This document shows, piece after piece, positions 19,925-31,030 of a stretch of DNA of 64,000 nt. Source of the DNA: Terriglobia bacterium (lineage in GTDB: Bacteria; Acidobacteriota; Terriglobia; Acidiferrales; UBA7541); contig OY968796.1 in NCBI GenBank assembly GCA_963695545.1, forward strand, positions 3,520,001-3,584,000. Direction: 5' to 3'. The notes beneath the pieces were generated by a model that saw only the letters and a list, made by a program, of their open reading frames with translations, was not told the origin of the DNA and made no database searches. How positions within the stretch are numbered: position 1 is the first letter of the stretch; each line of letters begins with the position of its first letter. Both the position numbers and the translations under genes were made by a program.

Positions 19925-20281
19925 CTAACGAATGCTCGTGAGCAACGCCTCGAGCGCGTCGCACGCCAGTTGGCTGCCGTGATAAGTCGCCGGCGGCAAC
20001 TCCCCCAGCGCAACGGAAATATCCTTCGGCGTGAGCACGCGTGCTTGCTCCGGCGTCTTGCCGGCGAGCCACTCAGCGAGCCACGATCCGCAAGCCATCG
20101 ACGTCACGCAGCCCCGCGCGAGGAAACGCACCTCGGCGAAGCGCCCATCCTCCACGCGCGCCGCAAGCTGCATGATGTCGCCGCAAGCGGGATTGGATAC
20201 CTCGACGCGCGCGGTGGCTTCGGGGAGTTCTCCCGCGCGACGCGGATTCTGGAAGTGATCGAGCACCGCCTTGCTGAACAT
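19925..20281 (-). CDS. IscU/NifU-N-like Fe-S scaffold protein
   Basis: VLDHFQNPR, NPACGD, GC; third Cys position reads HGS. Confidence 0.85.
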   Translation of the reverse strand: MFSKAVLDHFQNPRRAGELPEATARVEVSNPACGDIMQLAARVEDGRFAEVRFLARGCVTSMACGSWLAEWLAGKTPEQARVLTPKDISVALGELPPATYHGSQLACDALEALLTSIR

Positions 20282-20307
20282 TTCCGAAGTATCGCGCGGG
20301 CGCCGGA

Positions 20308-21876
20308 TTAGCTCAAGAGCACGAACGCGCCGCTGGCGTGCGGGAGACTTATCGTGAATCGGCCGCCGCGCGCGACGACCTTTTCTTCGCGCGCGGCCGA
20401 CCAAGATCCGTCCTGCGCGACTGGCGCGCCGGCGAGCGTGACGTCGGAAGTTGCGTCGAGCGCAGGGCCAGTGAGTCGCCAGACGCGGGCGTGCGGGAAT
20501 TGCGCGGCGGCTGCGCCGTCGATCGTGAGATCAATTTCGAGGTCGCTCGCGGCATCCTTGTTGAAGAGCGCGATGGAAATTCCGGCGGGCGTTTTCGCGG
20601 CGTACGCGGTTGCGTTCGCGCCTTGCGAGTCGAAATCGTTCGCGATCAGCGATGCGCCGGAGAAATGGCTGGCGAGCATCATGCCGTAGAAAATTGGGCG
20701 CGCGAAGAAACCTTTCTCCGCGTCGCCCGCAATCGGAGTGTAGAAGCTGCCGGAAGCAGCAGCGTCGGGGCGCGTGGCAACAGATTCGCCGGGCAAATGT
20801 CCGCCGAGAGCCGCGCGAATTTGTTTTGTGCCGCCGCCATGCAAATTGACGCCGACGCAACCCGCTTGCGCCAGATACAACATGTAGTCCGCGGCCCAGA
20901 GCGACGATGCAAACGCGTCGCTCATGTTGGGCTTGCCGCCGCGATAGCAGGAGTTGCCTTCGGTCATGCGATAGGGAAGATTCGCTGCGCGCGCGGCGGC
21001 CATGACGCGCGGCAAGTTTGCGACGAGATGCGGATCGCGCTGCAAGAGACGCTCGATCGTCACGGTTGGATCGTCGGGCGGGCCTTCGGCGTAGTAGTGG
21101 CTGGTCAGCGCGACGATGCCGCTCTTTTTCTGCGGCGCTTGTGACGCGAACAAAACGGCCCAATCCGCGATGCCGTTTGAATCGGGCCCGCCAAACGTGG
21201 CGTCGGACAATTTATCGGAGACGCCGTTCGCGAACGTGAGCCAATCCGCGAGGTAGGCGTCGAAATCATAATTCGCGGGGCGCAAACCGTTGCGATCGTT
21301 GTGATAAAGATCCGGTTCGTTGCCGATTTGAAAATAGAGCAGGCGCTCGCCCATCGCTTTGTAAACGTACACGGCTTCTTCGGCATCACGAGCGGGAGTG
21401 CCGCTGCCGAGGTTGAGACCGTAAATAAGTTTCCAACCTGTCGCGTCAAGAAAATCGCCGAGGTTGTCGATGGCGGCAGGCGTGATCGGAACAAGTTCGT
21501 GCGGCATCCAGTTCGCGTCGGTTGTTCCGGGCGGATGCTGCAGCGTCGGCTGCTGTGCGGCGGCGTCCGCTTTCCACCAGGTGAATTCGCTGCTGTTTCC
21601 GCCGAGACGCAGGACGCCGTTCGGAGAAAGGGTGCGGAAAAGCGCGATCAAACCGGCATTCTTCGGCGAAAAGAAATCTGGATCGCCAAGCTGCGAGGAT
21701 TCATAGCTCAAGCCGACAAAGTCAGACGGTATTTGCGTGACGACGTTACCAGGATGAATGGTGAGCGTGGCCGCGGCGCCGGCACCGAGCGCCGAGCCCG
21801 ACGGCAGTAGAGCGGAGAACGCCGCCGCAATGGAAACTGATGCGGCATCAACCAGGAAATCGCGACGGTTCTTCAT
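20308..21876 (-). CDS. Tat-exported glycoside hydrolase family 79 (beta-glucuronidase/heparanase-like)
   Basis: RRDFL Tat motif; LRLGGNSSE, IGNEPD (acid/base), MTEGNSCYRGG (nucleophile). Confidence 0.85.
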   Translation of the reverse strand: MKNRRDFLVDAASVSIAAAFSALLPSGSALGAGAAATLTIHPGNVVTQIPSDFVGLSYESSQLGDPDFFSPKNAGLIALFRTLSPNGVLRLGGNSSEFTWWKADAAAQQPTLQHPPGTTDANWMPHELVPITPAAIDNLGDFLDATGWKLIYGLNLGSGTPARDAEEAVYVYKAMGERLLYFQIGNEPDLYHNDRNGLRPANYDFDAYLADWLTFANGVSDKLSDATFGGPDSNGIADWAVLFASQAPQKKSGIVALTSHYYAEGPPDDPTVTIERLLQRDPHLVANLPRVMAAARAANLPYRMTEGNSCYRGGKPNMSDAFASSLWAADYMLYLAQAGCVGVNLHGGGTKQIRAALGGHLPGESVATRPDAAASGSFYTPIAGDAEKGFFARPIFYGMMLASHFSGASLIANDFDSQGANATAYAAKTPAGISIALFNKDAASDLEIDLTIDGAAAAQFPHARVWRLTGPALDATSDVTLAGAPVAQDGSWSAAREEKVVARGGRFTISLPHASGAFVLLS

Positions 21877-22035
21877 CCCTAGAGTCGGCCCTCCGGCTGC
21901 CGATAGTACATCTTTTGACGGCGGCGACGAGAGAATCTTCGCGCGCACATGCGGCTGGTCTTTCGCAATGCGCGGCGATAAAGTTGGGGCGGGAAATTTC
22001 GAGAGCTTACACCGGTCGATGTGTCAGGAGGAAAC

Positions 22036-23817
22036 GTGGGCCATAAGGCCGTAGTGATCGCGACGACTTTGATTTTGGCTTTGCCGGCGTTTGGACAGAC
22101 GCCGCCGGCGGCGCCGAGTTGGATAGACGTCAGCAACAACTATACGAACATGCTGCTGGCCGTGCAGATGAAGCACAATCCCGAGTCGGGTTCCCAGGAG
22201 GGGCTGAGCGAATTCGACACCAAAGCGTCGCAGCCCACTCTCGCCGATGAAGATCAGGAGCGGCAAGAGACCGAAGTTGTGCTTGCGCAGTTCAAGGCCG
22301 CGGCCGGCCAAAATCAGCCGGAAGAAGTCCAGCAGGATTTGCAGATTCTGATCCACGCGGTGGAGCTGGAATTCAAGCAAGAGGATTTTGCGCGCGCGCA
22401 TGAGGTGCCGTTCATCAATCCGAGCGAGATCGTTTTTGGCGGCTTGCGAACGTTGTTGGACGATCAAACTCCCGCCGAGCGCGGGCCGTCCGCGGTCACG
22501 CGGTTGCGCGACTATGCGGGACTCGAACCAGGTTACAAGCCGATTGCCGATATCCTGAAACAGCGCGTGATCGAGCAAATGGCCAAACCCGGAGTGCTCT
22601 ATCCATCGCGCACGGAAATCGAGACCGAATTGGGGCGCGATTCCAATTACGTCGACGGAATCTCCGCGCTTTTTCAGAAATACAAGCTGACGGGATGGCA
22701 AGACGCGTTCGACACGCTGAAATCGCAGCTCACCGGCTATGACGCCTGGATTACCTCGACTGTGCTGCCGAAAGCGCGCACCGATTTTCGTCTTCCGCCG
22801 GAAGAGTACGCGCTCGATCTTGAAGGCTACGGTATCGACATTCCGGCCGATCAAATTGCGGCGATGGCGCATCAGGCGTTCACGGAAATTCAAGCGGAGA
22901 TGAAGCCGATCGCGGCGCAAATTGCGCTGCAGCGCCACCTGCCATCGAGCGACTATCGCGACGTGATGCGCGACCTCAAGAAGGACCAACTGATCGGCGA
23001 CGCGATACTTCCGTTCTATCAAAATCGTCTGGCGCAAATTGAAAAGATAATCGTGGACAATCAGATTGTTACGCTGCCGGATCGACCCGCGCGCATTCGC
23101 ATCGCCACGGCAGCGGAAACGGCGCAACAGCCCGCGCCGCATATGGTGCCTCCTCCGTTTCTGAACAATACCGGACAAAAAGGTGAATTCGTTTTGCCGC
23201 TGAACATTCCGGCGTCGCCTGGACAAAGCGGAGATCTGAAATACGACGATTTCACGTTTGACGCGGCGGCGTGGACGCTCACGTCGCACGAAGCGCGCCC
23301 CGGACACGAAGTACAATTCGACTCGATGCTGGAGCATGGCGTATCGCGAGCGCGGGCCCTATACGCGTTCAACAGCACGAACGTCGAGGGCTGGGGATTA
23401 TATTCAGAATATCTGATCGAGCCGTACATGCCGCTCGACGGCCAACTGGTTTCGCTCGATTACCGCTTGCTTCGCGCGGCGCGCGCGTTCCTGGATCCGG
23501 AGCTGCAAGAAGGCAAGATTCAACCCGACGACGCGAGACGCGTTCTGGAGCAGGACGTGGTCGCTTCGCCGGCGTTCACGGAGGAGGAGATCGAGCGCTT
23601 CACCTATCGCGCTCCCGGACAAGCTATCAGTTATTTCTACGGGTACACGAAATTGATCGCTTTGCGCAAGGATACGGAAGCGGCGCTCGGCCCCAAATTC
23701 AATCAGAAGAAATTCCACGATTTTATCCTGGCTCAGGGATTGTTGCCGCCGGACCTGATGCGCAAGGCGGTGATGGAGCATTTTATTCCGTCGCAACAAA
23801 CGGCGAGTGCTCCCTAG
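22036..23817 (+). CDS. DUF885 family secreted protein
   Basis: AGGAGG RBS before GTG; HEARPGH, EGWGLYSE, PGQAISY, FHDFIL. Confidence 0.9.
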   Translation: MGHKAVVIATTLILALPAFGQTPPAAPSWIDVSNNYTNMLLAVQMKHNPESGSQEGLSEFDTKASQPTLADEDQERQETEVVLAQFKAAAGQNQPEEVQQDLQILIHAVELEFKQEDFARAHEVPFINPSEIVFGGLRTLLDDQTPAERGPSAVTRLRDYAGLEPGYKPIADILKQRVIEQMAKPGVLYPSRTEIETELGRDSNYVDGISALFQKYKLTGWQDAFDTLKSQLTGYDAWITSTVLPKARTDFRLPPEEYALDLEGYGIDIPADQIAAMAHQAFTEIQAEMKPIAAQIALQRHLPSSDYRDVMRDLKKDQLIGDAILPFYQNRLAQIEKIIVDNQIVTLPDRPARIRIATAAETAQQPAPHMVPPPFLNNTGQKGEFVLPLNIPASPGQSGDLKYDDFTFDAAAWTLTSHEARPGHEVQFDSMLEHGVSRARALYAFNSTNVEGWGLYSEYLIEPYMPLDGQLVSLDYRLLRAARAFLDPELQEGKIQPDDARRVLEQDVVASPAFTEEEIERFTYRAPGQAISYFYGYTKLIALRKDTEAALGPKFNQKKFHDFILAQGLLPPDLMRKAVMEHFIPSQQTASAP

Positions 23818-23880
23818 CGCCTCCTGAGATATGATCTCAGCACAACAAGATTTGATTCGTCGGTCCCGCGGAACAACCGA

Positions 23881-26739
23881 ATGATTGGGCAGATGTTTTC
23901 GCACTACCGCATCGTCGAGAAGATCGGCGGCGGTGGTATGGGGGTGGTGTACAAGGCGGAAGACACGCGCCTTGGCCGATTCGTCGCGTTGAAATTCCTG
24001 CCCGAAGATATGGCCAAAGACCGTCAGGCGCTGAACCGCTTCGAGCGGGAGGCGCGCGCAGCGTCGGCTCTGGATCATCCGAATATTTGCACGATCTATG
24101 AAGTGGGCGAGCAGGAAGGTCAGCCGTTCATTTCCATGCAGTATTTGGACGGGCAGACGCTGAAGCATCGGATTGGCGGGCGCCCGGTCGAAATCGAGCT
24201 GCTCCTGGAATGGGGCGTGCAAATCGCCGACGCACTGGACGCCGCCCACTCCCAGGGAATCGTTCACCGCGATATTAAACCCGCGAATCTTTTCATCACC
24301 ACCCGGGGACAAGCGAAGATTTTGGATTTTGGCCTCGCAAAAATCATGGGGCCAACCGACGCCGGGCGCGCGACGCAGGGCGACACCACGGTATCGAATG
24401 TTGGCCCTGCCGCGGAACGTTTGACCAGCACGGGCGTGGCGCTCGGGACGGTTCTTTACATGTCGCCCGAGCAGGCCCTGGGCAAGCCGCTCGACGCGCG
24501 AACGGATCTATATTCCATTGGGGCTGTGCTCTATGAAATGGCCACGGGGCGCGTGGCGTTTGACGGCGAAACTTCAGCGGCCGTTTTCAACGCGATCCTG
24601 AACCGCGCTCCGGTGGATCCTGTGCGCCTGAATTCCGAAGTGCCCGCCGAGCTCAGCCGGATCATCAACAAGTCTCTCGAGAAGGACAAGACTCTGCGCT
24701 ATCAGAACGCCGCGGATCTGCGGGCGGATCTGAAGCGCCTGGAACGCGATTCGGATTCATCGCGCAAAGTTGTCGCTCGCGAGGCGCCGCGCGCGGAAGG
24801 CTCGCCGGAAAAATCGGCGAAATCAAAGTGGATGAAAATCGGAATCGGCGCCGCCGCGGCAATCTTGCTCGGGGCCGCCGCGGTGGGGGCGTACTTCTAC
24901 TTGCATCGAGCTCCGATGCTCACGAGCAAAGATCAAGTGGTCCTGGCGGACTTCGTGAACACGACGGGCGATCCGGTGTTTGATGGAACGCTTCGCCAAG
25001 GCCTTACCGTGCAGCTCGGACAATCGCCGTTTTTCAATATTATTTCGGATGATCAGATCGCGCAGACGCTGCGATTGATGGAACAGCCCGACAGCGCGCC
25101 GCTCACCACCAATCTCGCACGGCAAGTCTGCCAGCGATTGGGCGCGACGGCGGTGATCGGCGGCTCGATCGCGAGTCTGGGACCAGAATACGTGCTGGGG
25201 CTCAGCGCGATCAAATGCAGGACGGGAGAAATTCTGACCGAGGAGCAAGTGACGGCCGACAGCAAATCGGAGGTGCTCTCGGCCCTGGCTCAAGGAGCGT
25301 CGGAACTGCGCGGAAAACTCGGAGAATCCTTGAGTTCGATGCAGCAATACGATATGCCGCTGGAGATGGCCACGACGTCATCGCTCGATGCGCTCCAGGC
25401 ATACACGCTGGGCCGCAAGGAGATGGTCGTCCGGGCAGACTGGGTAGCGTCCATCGCGCTTTTCGAGCGGGCCATTAGCCTGGACTCCAATTTCGCCATG
25501 GCCCACGCCAGGCTTGGGACGTGCTACGCCAACCTGGGGGAGCGGACCAAAGCAGTCGAGGACACGACCAAGGCCTATCAGCTCATTGACCGGACCAGCG
25601 GACGCGAAAAGCTCTACATCACGTCCCACTACTATGAGATTGCCACCGGAGATATTCTAAAGGCCACCCAGGCCTTGGAGTTGGGAACGCAGATTTATCC
25701 GCAGGACGAAACAAACTACCTCACCCTGGGCGCCACATATCGATCCCTGGGCGAATACGACAAAGCGGTCTCCGTTGCCCAAAGCGGCCTCCGGATCAAC
25801 CCGCAAAGCGGATTGTCCCACGAGGAGCTCGCCCAGGACTACCTCCGTCTGGATCGGCTTGACGAAGCCGAGGCAGACATCCAATCGGTGCACGCGCAAG
25901 GGTTGGACCCGATTGGGGACCATGAAGTTTCATATGACGTAAGTTTCCTGGAGCACGACGCCGCTGGAATGGCCGAAGAAGTCGCTTGGGCCGCCGGGAA
26001 GACGCAGTATGAGAATCAATACCTCTTCATGGAGGCCTCGACCGCAGCCTCGGCCGGCCTGCTGGAGAATTCCCGCAGTCTGACCGATCAAGCGGTCACT
26101 TCTGCCCAGGATATCGACCGCCGAGAAACGGCCGGAAAATATCGGGCGCAGGAAGCGTTCCTTGAGGCGCTTGTTGGCAACACCGCGCAGGCGCAATCCG
26201 ACGCCAGCGCGGCGTTGGGAATTTCCCGTGGCGCCGACGTCGAAACTTACGCGGCCCTCGCTTACGCGGTCGCCCGGGACCCGGGCCGGGCTCAATCCCT
26301 GGCGGACGATCTGGCGAAACGTTTCCCGGACGACACGATCGTGCAATACCTCGATCTACCTCCGATTCGCGCGGAGATTGAGATAGCGCGCGGGAATCCA
26401 GCGAAGGCCGTCGAGCCCTTAGAGGCCTCTGCCCCATACGAACTCAATGAATCACTTGCCTGTTTGCCGATTTTCGTTCGGGGGAGAGCATACTTAGCGG
26501 CTCACGACGGGGATTCCGCAGCGGGCGAATTTCAAAAAGTCCTGGATCATCCGGGCGTGGTGGTGAACTCGCCGATCGGCGCATTCGCGCATCTTGAGAT
26601 CGGGCGGGCTGAGGCGCTCCAGGGGAATACGGAAAAGGCGCGCGCGGCTTATCAGGATTTCTTCGCGCTGTGGCAGCACGCCGACGCCGATATTCCGATT
26701 CTGAAACAAGCGCGCGCGGAGTACGCAAAGTTGCAGTAG
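23881..26739 (+). CDS. Hanks-type Ser/Thr protein kinase with a TM segment and TPR repeats
   Basis: [29 protein letters not shown]; hydrophobic helix; TPR-like C-terminal half. Confidence 0.95.
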   Translation: MIGQMFSHYRIVEKIGGGGMGVVYKAEDTRLGRFVALKFLPEDMAKDRQALNRFEREARAASALDHPNICTIYEVGEQEGQPFISMQYLDGQTLKHRIGGRPVEIELLLEWGVQIADALDAAHSQGIVHRDIKPANLFITTRGQAKILDFGLAKIMGPTDAGRATQGDTTVSNVGPAAERLTSTGVALGTVLYMSPEQALGKPLDARTDLYSIGAVLYEMATGRVAFDGETSAAVFNAILNRAPVDPVRLNSEVPAELSRIINKSLEKDKTLRYQNAADLRADLKRLERDSDSSRKVVAREAPRAEGSPEKSAKSKWMKIGIGAAAAILLGAAAVGAYFYLHRAPMLTSKDQVVLADFVNTTGDPVFDGTLRQGLTVQLGQSPFFNIISDDQIAQTLRLMEQPDSAPLTTNLARQVCQRLGATAVIGGSIASLGPEYVLGLSAIKCRTGEILTEEQVTADSKSEVLSALAQGASELRGKLGESLSSMQQYDMPLEMATTSSLDALQAYTLGRKEMVVRADWVASIALFERAISLDSNFAMAHARLGTCYANLGERTKAVEDTTKAYQLIDRTSGREKLYITSHYYEIATGDILKATQALELGTQIYPQDETNYLTLGATYRSLGEYDKAVSVAQSGLRINPQSGLSHEELAQDYLRLDRLDEAEADIQSVHAQGLDPIGDHEVSYDVSFLEHDAAGMAEEVAWAAGKTQYENQYLFMEASTAASAGLLENSRSLTDQAVTSAQDIDRRETAGKYRAQEAFLEALVGNTAQAQSDASAALGISRGADVETYAALAYAVARDPGRAQSLADDLAKRFPDDTIVQYLDLPPIRAEIEIARGNPAKAVEPLEASAPYELNESLACLPIFVRGRAYLAAHDGDSAAGEFQKVLDHPGVVVNSPIGAFAHLEIGRAEALQGNTEKARAAYQDFFALWQHADADIPILKQARAEYAKLQ

Positions 26740-26767
26740 GCAATCGCCTCAGCGTTTCGGTCGACGC

Positions 26768-26841
26768 TGCCGCCGGAGCTGATGCGCAAAGCGGTGATGG
26801 ACCATTTTATTCCGTCGCAACAGGCGGGGAGTGCGAACTAA
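26768..26841 (+). repeat. Orphan duplicate of the DUF885 gene 3' end
   Basis: 26768-26834 matches 23744-23810 at 61/67 nt; LPPELMRKAVMDHFIPSQQAGSAN*. Confidence 0.9.
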
Positions 26842-26874
26842 CGGTTCGCGCAAAATATGATCACGGGAAAACCA

Positions 26875-28791
26875 ATGACTATTTTCTTTCGCTCAATAGT
26901 TGCTGTCGTGGCGCTTGCGCTCGCGAGCTTGCCGTCGATTGCGCAGGACAAGCCCGGCAAATCCGACATTCCGACGCAGTTCACGGCGCCGACATCGGAT
27001 TACGATTACACCAAGCGCGTGGTGATGATTCCGATGCGCGACGGAGTGAAGCTCTATACGGTGATTGTGATTCCCAAAGGAGCGACGCATGCGCCGATCC
27101 TGTTGACCCGAACGCCCTACAACGCGGCTGCACGCACCGCGCAGACAGAGTCGCCGCACATGCTCGACGAACTTCCTCCAGGCGACGATGTGTTTGTCGG
27201 CGCGGGGTACATCCGCGTGTTTCAGGACGTCCGCGGAAAATATGGCTCAGAAGGCGCTTATTTCATGACGCCCGCCCCGATTGGCCCGCTGAATTCCACG
27301 GGCGTGGACGACACCACCGATGCATACGACACGATCGACTGGCTGGTGAAAAATGTGCCCGAGTCAAACGGCAAGGTGGGGATGCTGGGTTCTTCTTACG
27401 AAGGTTTCACGGTGGTGATGGCGCTGATCCATCCGCATCCGGCGCTAAAGGTGGCGGCTCCGGAAAGTCCCATGGTCGACGGCTGGATGGGCGACGACTG
27501 GTTTCACTACGGGGCGTTTCGCGAGATTAACGAGGACTACTTCACCGAGCAGACTACGCAGCGCGGCAAAGGCCCGGACATAGCGCGCGAAGCGTATGAC
27601 GATTACACGAATTATATCCGGAAAGGTTCCGCGGGTGATTTTGCGCGTTACGGTGGCTTGGACCAACTTCCGTTCTGGGTCAAAGTGGAAGAACACCCGG
27701 CCTACGATGCTTTTTGGCAGGGCCGGGCTCTTGACAAGATCATGGCGTCGGTGCCGCTGACGGTCCCGACGATGTGGGAACAAGGTCTGTGGGACCAGGA
27801 GGACATGTGGGGCGCGATCCACTGCTACGAGGCGGTGGAACCAAAGGACACGAACAACGATAAAAATTTCCTGGTGATGGGACCGTGGCGGCACAGCCAG
27901 GTGAATTACGATGGCTATTCGCTTGGACCGTTGCTGTGGGAAGGAAACACCACCGAGCAATTTCGCCGCGACGTTTTGCTGCCGTTTTTCAATCAATATC
28001 TGATGGACAATGCGCCGAAGGCCGATACGCCGCCCGTGCTCATCTATAACACCGGCGAGAATCACTGGGATCGCTTCAAAGCGTGGCCGTTGAGTTGTGA
28101 TCAGGGCTGCGCGAATCAATCGCGGCCGCTCTATTTGACGGCGAATGGCGGGTTGTCGTTTGAAAGCCCGGACGCGACTACGCCAAAGTACGATCAGTAC
28201 GTTTCCGATCCGTCGAAGCCTGTGCCGTACCAACCGAGGCCGATCGTGTCCACGGATATCGAAGCGTGGAGGCGTTGGCTGGTTGACGATCAGCGTTTCG
28301 CCGACGGGCGTACTGACGTGCTCACGTACGTGAGCGAGCCGCTGACTGCGCCGGTGAGAGTAAGCGGCGTGCCCGAGGTGAACTTATATGCTTCGACAAG
28401 CGGCACGGACAGCGATTGGGTGGTCAAGGTGATCGACGTCTATCCCGACAGCGTGCCTTCGCAACCGGAAATGGGCGGCTACGAGTTGGCGATTTCGCTC
28501 GATATTTTTCGCGGGCGATACCGCACGAGTTTCGAGCGTCCCGAAGCCATCGCGCCGGATCAACCGTTGCTCTATCGCTTCGGCCTGCCGACAGTGAATC
28601 ACGTTTTCTTGCCCGGGCATCGCATCATGGTCCAGGTGCAATCGAGTCTGTTTCCGCTCTACGACCGCAACCCGCAGACATTCGTGCCGAATATTTTTGA
28701 TGCGAAGCCGGCGGACTATCAGGCGGCGACGCAACGCGTTTGGCATACGCCAGGCGACGCGAGTTTCATCAGTCTTCCGGTTGTACCTTAG
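26875..28791 (+). CDS. CocE/NonD family hydrolase (alpha-amino acid ester hydrolase-like)
   Basis: Signal peptide; MRDGVKL, RTPY, QDVRG, GSSYEG nucleophile, GPWRH; alternative start 26857. Confidence 0.93.
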   Translation: MTIFFRSIVAVVALALASLPSIAQDKPGKSDIPTQFTAPTSDYDYTKRVVMIPMRDGVKLYTVIVIPKGATHAPILLTRTPYNAAARTAQTESPHMLDELPPGDDVFVGAGYIRVFQDVRGKYGSEGAYFMTPAPIGPLNSTGVDDTTDAYDTIDWLVKNVPESNGKVGMLGSSYEGFTVVMALIHPHPALKVAAPESPMVDGWMGDDWFHYGAFREINEDYFTEQTTQRGKGPDIAREAYDDYTNYIRKGSAGDFARYGGLDQLPFWVKVEEHPAYDAFWQGRALDKIMASVPLTVPTMWEQGLWDQEDMWGAIHCYEAVEPKDTNNDKNFLVMGPWRHSQVNYDGYSLGPLLWEGNTTEQFRRDVLLPFFNQYLMDNAPKADTPPVLIYNTGENHWDRFKAWPLSCDQGCANQSRPLYLTANGGLSFESPDATTPKYDQYVSDPSKPVPYQPRPIVSTDIEAWRRWLVDDQRFADGRTDVLTYVSEPLTAPVRVSGVPEVNLYASTSGTDSDWVVKVIDVYPDSVPSQPEMGGYELAISLDIFRGRYRTSFERPEAIAPDQPLLYRFGLPTVNHVFLPGHRIMVQVQSSLFPLYDRNPQTFVPNIFDAKPADYQAATQRVWHTPGDASFISLPVVP

Positions 28792-28862
28792 GGATGGGAC
28801 GCACTCCGTCCCGATCACGCGAGAGCCTGGCGGAGCCGTTTGCGGATAAACTTAACTACCAA

Positions 28863-28907
28863 GTGGGCGGAGACAAGCCTGCCTGTCTGCAGGCAGGCTC
28901 CGCCCAC
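28863..28907. terminator. Long hairpin (REP-like/terminator) between convergent genes
   Basis: GTGGGCGGAG..GCCTGCCTG-TCTG-CAGGCAGGC..CTCCGCCCAC nested inverted repeat. Confidence 0.6.
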
Positions 28908-28930
28908 CATGGCGAGGAACGCTGCCGGAG

Positions 28931-29917
28931 CTAGTAGGCGGCGAGTTGTTCGATGGCCGCGACAACTTTTTCGGAGTTGACGAGGAAATATTTTTCGAGA
29001 TTGGGGGAAAACGGCATGGCCGGGATGTCTGGTCCGGTGACGCGCACGACGGGGCCGTCGAGATAATCGAAGGCTTCTTCGCCGATGATTGCGGCAATCT
29101 CCGCGCCGATGCCCATGGTCTTTTTGTCTTCGTGGACCACGAGAACCTTGTTGGTTTTGCGCACGGATTCGAGAATGGTTTCTTTATCGAGCGGGGACAG
29201 GGTGCGGAGGTCGATGACCTCGGCTTCAACGCCGCGCTTCGACATGGCTTCGGCGGCTTCCAGCGCGACGCCGACCATGTAGCCATACGAAATAATCGTC
29301 AAATCGGAGCCTTCGCGGCGAACGGCGGCTTTTCCGATGGGCACGGTGTAATCGCCTTCGGGCACTTCGCCCTTGATCGAACGATAGAGGCGTTTGTGCT
29401 CAAAGAAAAGCACGGGCGAAGAATCGCGAATGGAGGCGAGCAGCATGCCCTTGGCGTCATAAGGCGTCGAAGGCATGACGACTTTCAGGCCGGGCTCGTG
29501 GACAAACCACGCGGCATTTTCTTGCGAGTGATAGATGCCGCCGCCCACGCCGCCGCCGCAGCAGATGCGCGTGGTGAAGGCACAGCTAAAGCCGCCGGCG
29601 CTGCGATAATGAAGTTTCGCGGCTTGCTGGACGAGCTGATCCATCGCCGGCGTGATGAAATCGGTGAATTGAATTTCGGGCACCGGGCGCAGGCCCATCA
29701 TCGCGCAGCCGATGGCGGAGGCGATGATGATGCCCTCGGCGAGCGGCGTATCGAGGACGCGGTCTTCGCCGTACTTGTCGAGCAAGCCCGCCGTGGCTTT
29801 GAAAACGCCGCCGGAAAGGCCGATATCTTCGCCGAGAATGAAGACGCGTTCATCGCGCCCCAGCTCTTGATCGAGCGCCTCGGTAATCGCATCAATAAAA
29901 GTGAGAATACGTGCCAT
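28931..29917 (-). CDS. 2-oxoacid dehydrogenase E1 beta subunit
   Basis: GEDIG..GGVFKAT, DTPLAE, EIQF, HSQ, FEHK, IDLRTL. Confidence 0.95.
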   Translation of the reverse strand: MARILTFIDAITEALDQELGRDERVFILGEDIGLSGGVFKATAGLLDKYGEDRVLDTPLAEGIIIASAIGCAMMGLRPVPEIQFTDFITPAMDQLVQQAAKLHYRSAGGFSCAFTTRICCGGGVGGGIYHSQENAAWFVHEPGLKVVMPSTPYDAKGMLLASIRDSSPVLFFEHKRLYRSIKGEVPEGDYTVPIGKAAVRREGSDLTIISYGYMVGVALEAAEAMSKRGVEAEVIDLRTLSPLDKETILESVRKTNKVLVVHEDKKTMGIGAEIAAIIGEEAFDYLDGPVVRVTGPDIPAMPFSPNLEKYFLVNSEKVVAAIEQLAAY

Positions 29918-29933
29918 CGTTCCCAAGTCTCCT

Positions 29934-30941
29934 TCAGGACCAGACGTGCGTGGCGGCGTCTTCGGGCTGGGGGAACGGACTATCCTCAGCGAACGCGACA
30001 GCCTCGTCAATTTCCGCAGTGATTTCCGCGGCCACCTGCTTTTTCAGGTCTTCGGTCAGAATCTTTTTCTCGGTTAGATATTTCTCGAATTTCGCGACGG
30101 GATCTTGCTTCTTCCAGCTTTCGACTTCTTCTTTCATGCGGTACTTGGCGGGATCGATTTCCGAATGTCCATACCAGCGATAGGTTTTGCACTCGAGCAG
30201 CGTGGGGCCTTCGCCGGAGCGCGCGCGTACGATGGCCTGCGAGGCGGCGTCGTATACCGCGAGGAGATCGTTGCCATCGAGGCTGATGCCGGGAAAGCCG
30301 TAGGCCTTGGCGCGATCGGAGAGATTTTTGAGCGCGGTTTGCAGGCGAATCGGCACCGATTCGGCCCAGAGATTATTCGAGCATACGTAAACGATCGGCA
30401 GGCGATGCACGCCCGCGAAATTCAGAGCTTCGTGAAATCCGCCGATGGAGGTGGCCCCATCGCCGAAGAACGCCACGACGACGCTATCCTTGTGCAACTT
30501 CTTGATGCCCAGCGCCACGCCGGTGCCGACGTTCAATTGACCTGCGATGCTGCTGGCCGGCGTGATGACTTTTAGTTCGGGATAACCCATGTGCGCGGGG
30601 GACGAACGGCCCTGATCGGGACTGGTGGCCTTGGCGAATAATTGCGCAAAACAGAATTTCAGCGGCGCGCCCTTGATGATGTTGGAGGTCCAATCGCGGT
30701 GCGATGGGGCGATCCAATCGTCATCGCGCAGGCTGTAGGCGGCGCCGACTTCGGTGGCTTCCTGGCCGACATTCGAATAGAAATTCCCGCCGAACTTCGA
30801 CTGGCGAAACAAGATGCGCGCTTTTTCGTCCGCCATGCGGCACTTCATCAGCGAGCGGTATAAGCCGAGCAGAAGCTCGCGCGAATATGCAGTTCTGCTC
30901 GATCTCGGCTGCGTGGCAGCCGGTTGGTTCCGTGTGGCCAT
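29934..30941 (-). CDS. 2-oxoacid dehydrogenase E1 alpha subunit (TPP-dependent)
   Basis: GQEA, FFGDGA...NN TPP motif, TYRWYGHS. Confidence 0.95.
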   Translation of the reverse strand: MATRNQPAATQPRSSRTAYSRELLLGLYRSLMKCRMADEKARILFRQSKFGGNFYSNVGQEATEVGAAYSLRDDDWIAPSHRDWTSNIIKGAPLKFCFAQLFAKATSPDQGRSSPAHMGYPELKVITPASSIAGQLNVGTGVALGIKKLHKDSVVVAFFGDGATSIGGFHEALNFAGVHRLPIVYVCSNNLWAESVPIRLQTALKNLSDRAKAYGFPGISLDGNDLLAVYDAASQAIVRARSGEGPTLLECKTYRWYGHSEIDPAKYRMKEEVESWKKQDPVAKFEKYLTEKKILTEDLKKQVAAEITAEIDEAVAFAEDSPFPQPEDAATHVWS

Positions 30942-31030
30942 GCGGAGCTTCTCCTGGGCTGAGGACTGGCTGCGGCCCGTAAATTAACCGTTTTATTCTA
31001 GCACACCGCGCGACAGCGGCACATGCCGAA

